Source of the DNA: Candidatus Kuenenia stuttgartensis
GTDB taxonomy: Bacteria; Planctomycetota; Brocadiia; Brocadiales; Brocadiaceae
Direction: 5' to 3'
DNA: 32,000 nt
NCBI RefSeq assembly: GCF_900232105.1
Contig: NZ_LT934425.1
Span: forward strand, 3,960,001-3,992,000
The translations under genes were made by a program, and so were the position numbers. The notes beneath the pieces are model-generated. The model was given only the letters and a program-made list of their open reading frames with translations, was not told the origin of the DNA and ran no database searches. Shown in pieces: positions 10,879-19,279 of the stretch (the stretch's first letter is position 1; the number at the start of each line of letters is the position of its first letter).

Positions 10879-12168
10879 ATGCATGATTTACATGTAAATA
10901 TTGAACATATAACCCGTGTCGAAGGACATGGAAATATTGTGATAGACGTTAAGAACGGGCAGGTGAAAGAATTGAGGCTTGATATAGTTGAGTCTCCAAG
11001 GTTCTTCGAAGCGATGGTGAGAGGCAGGACGTATAAAGAGGCCGCTCATATTACATCGCGAATATGCGGAATTTGTGCCGTTACCCATACAACAACGTCA
11101 ATAAAGGCTATAGAGTCAGCACTCGGCTTTACACCATCGCAACAAACAATAAAATTGCGAAAACTACTCCTTAACGCGGAATTTATTCAAAGCCATATTC
11201 TTCATACCTATTTTCTGACTGTACCTGATTTTTTTGGTGTGAAGAGTATATTTGGCATGATAAAAGATAACAAGGAAAGCATCGTAAGGGGAATGCGGCT
11301 TAAGGCCCTTGCGAATGATTTGTGTGCCATGGTCGGTGGTAGGCATGTACATCCTATTACATTGAATGTAGGCTGTTTCTCAAAAATTCCTGAGAAAAGG
11401 GATTTTGAGCAGTTTAAAAAAAGGATAGAGGATTCGAGGGGAGATATTGATGAAACGGTAAAATTCTTTAAGCATCTGAGAACCCCGGAATTTGAAAGAG
11501 AAACAGAATATATCTCGCTTACCCATCCGGATGAATACGCTTTGTATGATGGCAATATCAAATCGAGCTATAATGGAGAAGTGAAACCTTCGGAATATCT
11601 CAAAAGAGTAAAGGAATTTATTGTAAAACACTCCACCGCAAAACATGCAAAATCATTCCGGGATTCATATATGGTGGGAGCTTTGGCAAGATTCAATAAC
11701 AACTATGAACGTCTCCATCCAAAAGCAAAAGAGGCGGCGGAAGAAATGGGCTTAAAACACCCCTGTTACAATCCATATATGAATAATGTTGCTCAGGTTG
11801 TTGAAACAGTTCATTGTTTTGAGGATAGTATTGGATTGATAGATGAATTGCTTTCGGACAATTTGAAGGAAGAAACCGTGGCATTACTCCCCAAAGCAGC
11901 GAGCGGTGTTGGCGCTACCGAGGCTCCCCGTGGGACATTGTACCATGAACATACATTAGACGATAATGGCAGGATTACCTATGGAAATTTCATAATTCCA
12001 ACGGCACAAAACCTTGCAAATATAGAAAATGATTTAAAGTTATTGATTCCTAAAATAGTAAATAAACCGAGGGATGAGATAATCCTTGATGTAGAAATGC
12101 TTGTGCGTGCATATGACCCGTGTATATCGTGTGCGACACATCTGATGAAAGTTGAATTTGTAAAATGA
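10879..12168 (+). CDS. hydA: Group 3b-type [NiFe] hydrogenase large (alpha) subunit
   Basis: L1 motif RICGICAVTHTTTSIKAIE and L2 motif DPCISCATHL near the C-terminus. N-terminal ITRVEGHGNIVIDV. Confidence 0.95.
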   Translation: MHDLHVNIEHITRVEGHGNIVIDVKNGQVKELRLDIVESPRFFEAMVRGRTYKEAAHITSRICGICAVTHTTTSIKAIESALGFTPSQQTIKLRKLLLNAEFIQSHILHTYFLTVPDFFGVKSIFGMIKDNKESIVRGMRLKALANDLCAMVGGRHVHPITLNVGCFSKIPEKRDFEQFKKRIEDSRGDIDETVKFFKHLRTPEFERETEYISLTHPDEYALYDGNIKSSYNGEVKPSEYLKRVKEFIVKHSTAKHAKSFRDSYMVGALARFNNNYERLHPKAKEAAEEMGLKHPCYNPYMNNVAQVVETVHCFEDSIGLIDELLSDNLKEETVALLPKAASGVGATEAPRGTLYHEHTLDDNGRITYGNFIIPTAQNLANIENDLKLLIPKIVNKPRDEIILDVEMLVRAYDPCISCATHLMKVEFVK

Positions 12169-12186
12169 GGAAATACAATAAAAGTA

Positions 12187-12228
12187 ACAATTTAGTTTTT
12201 TGAAAAAAAAGAGGGCGAAGTATTTGCC
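12187..12228 (+). repeat. Partial copy of the MITE-like element seen at 6376-6516
   Basis: The 21-nt string acaatttagttttttgaaaaa (12187-12207) is identical to 6376-6396. gggcgaagtatttgcc (12213-12228) closely matches gggcgaagcatttgtc (6431-6446). Confidence 0.75.
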
Positions 12229-12231
12229 AGC

Positions 12232-12447
12232 ATGGGTATTAAGGTCATACGTACCCTCAAACCAACACGCCTGCCAGTGGTTATGACTTGCGATGAAGTG
12301 AAAGCCGTTCTTGCAAACTTGACGGGCGATAAGTGGCTCATGGCCTTGCTTATGTATGGTTCGGGGTTACGTTTGATGGAGTGCCTTGAGTTGCGCGTAC
12401 AGAACCCGGTTGAATGTCCTAAAAAAATCCATCCTGCAGCCTTATAG
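12232..12447 (+). pseudogene. Truncated tyrosine recombinase, integron/phage integrase-like fragment
   Basis: LPVVMTCDEVKAVLANLTGDKWLMALLMYGSGLRLMECLELRVQ resembles the catalytic-domain start of IntI/XerC-like integrases up to the first catalytic Arg. Everything downstream of ELRVQ is missing. Confidence 0.75.
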
Positions 12448-12594
12448 CGGATGTTCACCCCTGCCAAAACGCATAAGTGCTTAATACATAGTTTGTTAAG
12501 GCTGTATTTTTAATAAATATGTAGTCACTAATATATTGTTATTATACGACAATATACTTGACGGATAATGGTTGTTATCTGTACAATGGTGGAC

Positions 12595-13962
12595 ATGCAT
12601 ATTGTAGAGAACAAGTCAAAATCCGGTAAAAAAATCTATCGATCTACCCTTCTGCGGGAATCGTACCGTGAGGATGGGAAGGTCAAGAAACGCACCATTG
12701 CGAATCTGTCGAATTGCACTCCCCTGGAGATTGAAGCGATAAGACTTGCACTCGCACATAAAGACGATCTCTGTGCATTGGGCGCATTGTCAGAATCGGT
12801 GAAACTCCATGAGGGTTTGTCTGTGGGAGCAGCGTGGAGCGTGTACCAAGTGGCAAAGGAATTAGGGATAGAAGAGGCATTGGGAAAGGACTTTGAAGGA
12901 AAGCTGGCGCTTTGGCAAGTAATGGCAAGGGTAATAGGCCGGGGGTCAAGACTGTCTGCAGTAAGGCTGGCGCAGATACATGCTGCGGGTGACGTCCTGG
13001 ATATGAAGCGTGGGTTTGACGAGAACAATCTGTACGATAATTTGTCATGGTTGTCAGAGAATCAGGCAAAGATAGAGCGAAAGCTGTTTGAGTTAAGACG
13101 AGGAGGCAATAAGCCGAAGTTGTTTTTGTATGACGTGACGAGCAGTTATTTAGAGGGGAAGTCGAATCATTTTGGTGAGTACGGGTATAATCGTGACGGC
13201 AAAAAGAGGAAAAAACAGATAGTGATCGGTATGCTTTGTGATGAATCCGGGGAGCCGGTATCAACAGAAGTATTTAGGGGCAACACCCAGGATCCGAAGA
13301 CCTTTGAATCTCAGGTAAAGAAGGTATTAGAGCGGTTTGGATGCAAAGATGTAACGATTGTAGGAGATCGTGGGATGATCAAGACGGTGCAAATCGAAAG
13401 TTTACCGGAAGGGTTTCATTACATAACGGCGATAACTAAGCCGCAGATAGAGTCGTTGATAAATAAAGGGATACTGCAATTAGGATTGTTCGAAGAAAAG
13501 CTCTGCGAGATAAAGGATGATGAGGTTCGATATATTCTGAGGCGCAATCCGGTAAGGGCGGAAGAGATGTCAAAGACCCGTGTATCAAAATTACAGAGTA
13601 TAGAGAAATACATCGTGAAGAAGAACAGTTATCTGAAGGAACATCCTAAGTCGTCAGTATCGAAGGCACTGGAAACAACAAGGGAAAGGCTAACGAGATT
13701 GAAACTTGATGGGTGGGTGCAGATAAAAGAAGAGGATAGGACGCTAAAGATAGAGAGAGCTGAGGAAGCATTAAAGGAGGCATCATACCTTGATGGTTGT
13801 TACGCAATCAAGACTGATCTTGAGGAGAACGAGGCGGATACCAATCTGGTACATGAACGATACAAGGATTTAACGGAAGTGGAGAAGGCGTTTCGGGACT
13901 GTAAGACGGTGAATTTGGAGGTTCGTCCGGTGTATGTAAGTGCTAAGCCCCACAATAAATGA
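12595..13962 (+). pseudogene. IS1634-like (IS4-superfamily) transposase, C-terminus truncated; the ORF track starts it at 12568
   Basis: KRTIANLSNCTPLEIEAIRLAL, FLYDVTSSYLEGKSNHFGEYGYNRDGKKRKKQIVIGMLCDESGEPVSTEVFRGNTQDPKTF, ITAITKPQIESL and YKDLTEVEKAFRDCKTVNLEVRPVYV match this family. The protein ends abruptly (SAKPHNK*) where a C-terminal continuation is expected, next to another mobile element. Confidence 0.85.
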
Positions 13963-13978
13963 ACCTGGAATTCTCAGA

Positions 13979-14281
13979 TTAAGTGGAATTAATATATTGA
14001 GGTAAAACGGATTTTAGCAGATAGACAGCATCTGGGAAAGAGGAGTTGGAATCTACCATGACGATGTCGATGGTATTAAAGTTTTTTTTACAACGGAAAC
14101 ACCTGGCGAGGTTCGTATTTGGGTTGGTGGCGGAATTAAATTCAGAACAGAGAGGGCAGAGGAAGCGGAAATAGCCTTCGGAGTATTTATGAGGTATGGA
14201 GAGGACATCAGCGATGAGTCGATCGATGGGGATATCGTTTCGTAATGAGCGCAAGAGTTGAGGGGAAAAGAGACGGGCCAT
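13979..14281 (-). CDS. Small CHC2-type (DnaG-like) zinc-finger protein encoded by the transposon
   Basis: FRFLCPLCSEFNSATNPNTNLARCFRCKKNFNTIDIVMV resembles the zinc ribbon of DnaG primases. Located directly downstream of the ATPase gene. Confidence 0.65.
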   Translation of the reverse strand: MARLFSPQLLRSLRNDIPIDRLIADVLSIPHKYSEGYFRFLCPLCSEFNSATNPNTNLARCFRCKKNFNTIDIVMVDSNSSFPDAVYLLKSVLPQYINST

Positions 14282-14292
14282 GGTAGACCTCC

Positions 14293-15084
14293 TTAAAAAG
14301 ATTGAATTTCAGCAAGAGCCTGATGGAAGATATCCTGGGTAATTTTCTGTGATTGTCTGATGGAAGCGTTAATCAGGCAGGCGGTGGAAATGGCGTTGAT
14401 TTGCCTTGGGATGCCGGCGGAGAACTCATGGATCAGGTCTTTGACGTCTGAGTCAAAGATTTTATCGGATGCGCCGGAAGATTTCAGATGGAAGTCTATG
14501 TATGCAGCGGTTTGAGTTTTAGTAAGGGGATGAATGTGGTAATGTACCGAGATGCGTTGTGCGAAGTCGGCATGGATGTCTCTTTTGAGGATATATTTGA
14601 GGTGTTCCTGTCCCGAGAGGATGATTTTGAGATGAGTGGAAGAATCAAGCGGAGAGCTGACAAGGAGTCTGAGGTCTGTGATGGCGTCGGTTTTCAGGAG
14701 ATGAGCCTCGTCGATAACGATAATGGGAGTGAGATTTGAGCGCAAGGATTTATCCATAATTTGGAGGAAGAGCCGGTCTTTGGTGTGTTTTGGTATTTCA
14801 CCGAGCTGGGAGACGATTAAGGAGAGAAGGCTGGATGATTTTAGGTGGGTAAAATGGAGGTAGATGGGGAGAAACAGGTTTTGGGGGATTTGTGAGAGGA
14901 AGAGTTTGAGGAGTGTGGATTTTCCGACTCCCGTCTGTCCGTAGAGGACGGCGATAGAGCCTGAGTGTAAGAGGTATTGGAGTCGTGCAAGCCCCTGGGT
15001 AAAGCGTTCGTCTTTCATGATAAGGCTGGTGTTGATTCTTTCAGAGAACGGCTGAGTAGTCATGGAAAAATGAGAAGTAAACAT
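14293..15084 (-). CDS. AAA ATPase of the ExeA/TniB/MuB-like transposition-helper type
   Basis: Walker A VLYGQTGVGKSTLLKLF, Walker B LTPIIVIDEAHLL, sensor LKIILSGQEHLK and RISVHYHIHPLTKTQTAAYIDFHL. Sits next to the rve transposase. Confidence 0.85.
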   Translation of the reverse strand: MFTSHFSMTTQPFSERINTSLIMKDERFTQGLARLQYLLHSGSIAVLYGQTGVGKSTLLKLFLSQIPQNLFLPIYLHFTHLKSSSLLSLIVSQLGEIPKHTKDRLFLQIMDKSLRSNLTPIIVIDEAHLLKTDAITDLRLLVSSPLDSSTHLKIILSGQEHLKYILKRDIHADFAQRISVHYHIHPLTKTQTAAYIDFHLKSSGASDKIFDSDVKDLIHEFSAGIPRQINAISTACLINASIRQSQKITQDIFHQALAEIQSF

Positions 15085-15086
15085 GG

Positions 15087-16647
15087 TTAAGAGACCTCCT
15101 TTTTCGAGTAAGCGATTTGTAATTCACGAATGATATAGGGTAAGGTTTTCACGGAGGCATTTTGGAATGCCTCCGTGAGCAATGATTCGTTGAGAGCGGG
15201 GATACGGTTGTAGCATTTTTTAAGCGATTCGAGTTCATGAGAGCTGAAGGCGGAGAGAGAGCCTTTGTGTCCCATGAGGAGTGCGAGTTTCTGGACGAAT
15301 GCCATGAATGGCCAGGGTCGTTCGGAGATGATTTGGTGGTAATCAATGCCTTTGGCCTGAGCCTGGAGAATGGATTTGTGTTTCTGAGTGATAAGGTCGA
15401 GGTAATTATGTTTTGGTTTTGAAGGTGAGGCGGCTGGAGTTTCAGCGCCCTGGTCGCGCAGGTAGAGATTTCCCGAGCCGAGGTATTCACCGTTTGCGGA
15501 ATAGATCAAGACCTTTTTGAGATCGCCGTATGGGTCGTAACGGACTTCTACTTTATCGCCTCTGAGTTTGGGGTCAACACGGTAAAAGCGGTTATCAATG
15601 CGGACATCGGCAAAGGTTCTGTCAACGGTTCTGGGGATGCGTTTCATGAAGAAGGCAAGAGCGGCGTCCATATCGACGTGTCGGATGACGGTAAGCCCCT
15701 CGTCGTAGCGTTGTTTTGGAGATTGATTGGTTTCGGAGTGGATTCTTGCGTGATAGACAACGGCAAGGTAAGCGGAGAAGGCCTGGTTAATGGCATCAAG
15801 GGTGATAATGTCGCCGGAGCGGACTTCCGACTCGAACTGTGTCTGGCTGGTGCCGAAGAAACGTTCGACCAGTCCGCCGGGAGCAGGGTCGCGTGGTGGT
15901 CTGTGGATGAGTTTAATGCCGAGGTTGTAACAGGCAGAGCGCAGGGCGTCAGAGTGGTAGACCTTGGCATTGTCGAGGTAGAGTTCTTTGGGCGAGCCGT
16001 GGATAGTCCAGGCCCTGATGAGAGAATCGATAAGGATATCGAGGGTTTGTTTGAGATAATACCGTCCTTCGACCACATAACGGCTGTAGCAGTCGATAAA
16101 GAGACAGAGGTTTGTGGGAAGCGCCTCGCCGTCAACGAGCACGAAAGGGCCTTCCTGGAAGTCGCCAATCCAGAGGTCGTGGGTATGCTCACGGCTAAGA
16201 GCGTATACGCACCTTTTGCTGTGAGACGCCGAGTTTGAGCCGGGTCGCCCCTGCGAGTCTGAGATGGCGGTAGAGGGTGGATTTGGGGATCGTTTTCCCA
16301 TAGTATTTCTCAAGAAAGCGGTTGAGGCAATCGTCGCTGCGGCGTGGTTGTTCTTTTTTGAGTTCAACGGCTTTGTCGATAATTTCAGGAGAAAACCTTC
16401 TGGATGCGCCACGGTCGCTCCTCGCCTTTCTTGCAAGAGATTGAAATCCATCTTTGCGGTAGCGGTTGAGTTTTCTCCTGAGGGTAGAGATAGTGGGTCT
16501 TTTCCGCTTTCCGTTGGGGAATACGACCTCCTGAAGGCAGAGTTTTTTCAGAAAAAGGTTGGTCTGCTCCTTCTCAATCTCACCGAAGATGACAGGATGC
16601 AGAAGATTGCACCAGAATAAAGCCCATTTTTCGTCTTTCGATTTCAT
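15087..16647 (-). pseudogene. rve/DDE transposase (IS481/TniA/Mu-like) split into two frames: N-terminal HTH part 16195-16647 and catalytic part 15087-16451
   Basis: The N-terminal ORF ends LRLAGATRLKLGVSQQKVRIRS*. The catalytic frame continues as REHTHDLWIGDFQEGPFVLVDGEALPTNLCLFIDCYSRYVVEGRYY...PKELYLDNAKVYHSDALRSACYNLGIKLIHRPPRDPAPGGLVERFFGT. The two overlap in different frames near 16190-16240. Confidence 0.8.
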
Positions 16648-16685
16648 AATTCACCTCCTTTTTTAAGTGTGGAGGTGATTGTAAC

Positions 16686-17324
16686 TCAAGACCAGCCGCT
16701 TTTTGTTGCCAGTTCGGGGAAAAATGAATGCCCAAAAATTCGGTGATATTCCGGCTCGGCGCTGAACAATTGAATCGATTGATCGAGGGAGGTTTTTCGT
16801 TGTTTGCTTTTATACTTTCCGTGGTAAATGGGAAACATTTGGCGAAAAACCGGAGAGTTGGGGTCGGCCTGCCTGATGAGGTCAAAGGCGTTGCGGAGTG
16901 TGTATTTCAGTGAGCCAAAGAAACGCAGCCACCTCCAAACGGTTGACCAGGCAAGCATGCGGTTGTCTATTTCCTGTGTTCGGGTAGTATATCCGATGGC
17001 AGAGGAGACACTCCGGTAGGTTTCTGTATCATCTTTGACATAAGCCTGACTGAAGGAGAGACAGTGATCCTTTACGTACCGCTTGTAAGGGAGCGCATAC
17101 TCAGGATAGGAAGTAAACGTCTTCTTGCACAAGGAACATTTCCAACGTCCCAGGAAAGATTCTATCGTATGAACAAGGGAGTCGATAATAACGTGAAACA
17201 ACCGATATCTGCATTCATGAAGGGTGAAATTGACATGGGTACTCTTGCACTTTGGACAAAAGCATGGCTTCTGTTTTGTCGCAATAAGCTTTTCATGCTT
17301 GTGGATTTTTTCTATAATATTCAC
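16686..17324 (-). CDS. Zinc-finger protein of DUF6431-like type, commonly transposon-associated; function unknown
   Basis: CPKCKSTHVNFTLHECRYRLFHVI ... RWKCSLCKKTFTSYPEYALPYKRYVKD paired zinc-ribbon, then STVWRWLRFFGSL. Family name from memory. Confidence 0.5.
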   Translation of the reverse strand: MNIIEKIHKHEKLIATKQKPCFCPKCKSTHVNFTLHECRYRLFHVIIDSLVHTIESFLGRWKCSLCKKTFTSYPEYALPYKRYVKDHCLSFSQAYVKDDTETYRSVSSAIGYTTRTQEIDNRMLAWSTVWRWLRFFGSLKYTLRNAFDLIRQADPNSPVFRQMFPIYHGKYKSKQRKTSLDQSIQLFSAEPEYHRIFGHSFFPELATKSGWS

Positions 17325-17476
17325 GCACTGCCTCCTTTGTATAGGGGGGAAATGGGCAGGAGGATGAAGTTTCCCAACGTTCGGTCCTCCTGCCCTGAGT
17401 TTTTTATGTTCCGGAAAAATCTTACAAAACTTGTCCTCGTGAAAACGGGGAACTGGGAAGTAAACCGCCGTTAGGA

Positions 17477-17508
17477 AGTTTGGAAGTGGTTTTAACCCCT
17501 TCCAAACT
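17477..17508. terminator. Stem-loop, possible terminator or element-end structure
   Basis: agtttggaa (17477-17485) is perfectly complementary to ttccaaact (17500-17508), extended inward by gtgg/cccc. Confidence 0.4.
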
Positions 17509-17693
17509 ATTTAATGAGGCTTTACTCCGCCTTACGGACGTAACTTCTTTCTAACGGGGTAAACGATGTATTTTTCTTAACGTGAACAAAAAATCAAGTG
17601 AAATACTTACGCAGGATAAAAAAAATGCGGGGTAGCTGGGTAAGATTTTTCAAATCATTTGCTGGGTATTAGACTCAAATATTCTGAGACTAA

Positions 17694-18056
17694 TTGGGCA
17701 TTTTTGGAGCATTTATTCTAAGACGTAGCAGAAAGAGGGCTACCTGCGAGACTTTGATAGAAGAGAGTAAAGGACAGATGAATGCGGGGCACATACGTAC
17801 GGGTGAATTTTTGGCCAATGCTGCGCTATTTCAGTGTGCGGTGTTAGCGTATAATCTTTTGAAGTGGATGGGATTGCTCAGTGGTGGAGTGATACAACAG
17901 TGGGAAGTAAAGACGATGAGACTGTGGTTAATCCGTGTGGCAGGGAAACTGGTGGAGAGAAGCCGGCAGATGACATTAAAATTGCCGGAGAAATTTCTCC
18001 ATCAGGAGGAATGGGAAAAGTGGGAACGCATGTCACTGGATGTAGTTTTTCAGTAG
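17694..18056 (+). pseudogene. IS1380-like transposase, C-terminal remnant
   Basis: TLIEESKGQMNAGHIRTGEFLANAALFQCAVLAYNLLKWM ... VIQQWEVKTMRLWLIRVAGKLVERSRQMTLKLP resembles the C-terminal part of IS1380-type transposases. No N-terminal or catalytic portion found upstream. Confidence 0.6.
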
Positions 18057-18336
18057 AAAACCGACGTTGTATTTCGTTTTTTTAGTCTTTTGAGAGTGGT
18101 AAGTATACCGCAGATGGAGACAGTACATCCCTATCTTGATTTTCATTGCATCAGAGAGCACGTTTCCGACAATTTCCCATGTCTTTTTGTTTAAAGTAGT
18201 ACAATAGCGCTACCACAATTGCTAAAAAACGGATATCTGTTATCGCTTTTTGCCAATCTTGGTAGTGGAAAATACTGATTTTCGCATTGCGAAAATCGTT
18301 TGCAGGATTTAGGTATTAGAAAATCCGGGGTTCTTT

Positions 18337-19068
18337 ATGAAGGTTTGCAATAAAATTGGCAAGCCGATAGAACTTGGTATGAGTAAATTACCAGCAAAGG
18401 CACAGAAGGTGATTGAAAAAGCAGTAAAAGCTAGTCTTGAACGAGCGCTCAAAGCTGCTGTGTTTACCCTGAATACATCGGAAAATACTAAACCATCAAA
18501 TTGGCGGCATCGTATTGCTGTAATAGTTACTGGCGCAGTGGGTGGTGCTTTCACTTGGATAGCGCTGCCATTCGAATTGCCAATATCTACAGTCATTATG
18601 CTCCGTTCCATTGCCGATCATGCGCGGTCACAGGGTTTTGATATTACAGATTATAAAACCCGCATGGAATGTTTAAGCGTCTTTGCTTTAGGATCGGACA
18701 TAAAACCTGAAAATGTAAATGAATCGTCTTATTATGCAGTAAGAGGCGCACTGGCAAAACTCCTTACCGAAGCGGCAGAATACATTGCGCAAAGGGCAGG
18801 GGTTGAGGCAATTACCGAGGAAACAGAAAGGCTGCTTGCCCCGCAAATTGTAAAATTTATTGAGAAAATAGCAACTCGTTACGGTATTGTTGTAACAGAA
18901 AAGGCGGCAAGCGTTGCGATACCGTTAATCGGCGCTGCCGGTGGAGCAATAATTAACACGCTCTTTATAAATCATTTTCAGGATGCCGCCAAGGCGCATT
19001 TTACTATAAGAAGGCTTGAACATAAATACGGAGGGGAAATTGTCCGAATGGTTTACGAAAAAATGTAA
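18337..19068 (+). CDS. EcsC-family protein
   Basis: TGAVGGAFTWIALPFELPISTVIMLRSIADHARSQGFDITDYKTRMECLSVFALG ... AASVAIPLIGAAGGAIINTLFINHFQDAAKAHFTIRRLEHKYG is typical of the EcsC domain. Confidence 0.85.
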   Translation: MKVCNKIGKPIELGMSKLPAKAQKVIEKAVKASLERALKAAVFTLNTSENTKPSNWRHRIAVIVTGAVGGAFTWIALPFELPISTVIMLRSIADHARSQGFDITDYKTRMECLSVFALGSDIKPENVNESSYYAVRGALAKLLTEAAEYIAQRAGVEAITEETERLLAPQIVKFIEKIATRYGIVVTEKAASVAIPLIGAAGGAIINTLFINHFQDAAKAHFTIRRLEHKYGGEIVRMVYEKM

Positions 19069-19279
19069 CCACCAAAAAACAGCAAAATGGTGGATGTTTT
19101 AAAGAAAGTCGAAACTATGTTTCTGGTTGTATCGCTGAATTGCAACTACCACAAGTAAAAGGCAAATGCAAGGTTAATTTAGGTAAATACGAGGAGTTAA
19201 TAAATGCTAGCGTGAGTTTATCACAAAATAAGGCATGAAGCAACGTAACATAAATACAGTCAATGCGTTAAGCACAACA

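Larger units (their letters stand above)
13943..17475 (-). mobile_element. Multi-gene transposon (CHC2-like protein, ExeA/TniB-like ATPase, rve transposase, possibly the zinc-finger protein gene); ends not resolved
   Basis: Co-directional minus-strand genes with 2-11 nt gaps. The IS1634-like ORF loses homology at about 13943. The right boundary is only bracketed by the DUF6431-like ORF and the hairpin at 17477-17508. Confidence 0.6.

Noticed and set aside
10879-12168. Possible novelty in the hydrogenase operon
   Set aside because: Gene order beta-gamma-delta-alpha and all cofactor motifs fit known group 3b [NiFe] hydrogenases, so it is ordinary.
12636-13613. Minus-strand ORFs (130, 193 and 64 aa) opposite the IS1634-like transposase
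   Set aside because: Low-complexity Ser/Thr/Pro/Leu-rich translations that mirror the transposase gene; no domain signal.
16210-16225. Programmed -1 frameshift as in many IS elements
   Set aside because: Going from the N-terminal frame to the catalytic frame needs +1 or -2, and there is no canonical A AAA AAG heptamer. Treated as a likely indel.
15237-16620. Plus-strand ORFs (including 186 and 118 aa) opposite the rve transposase
   Set aside because: The opposite strand carries a convincing DDE integrase, so these are shadow ORFs.
13960-17465. Possible repeated gaac(c)tgg(g)aa motifs near 13963, 16705 and 17450 as transposon end sites
   Set aside because: Matches are short and orientation is inconsistent; not enough to define the element termini by eye.
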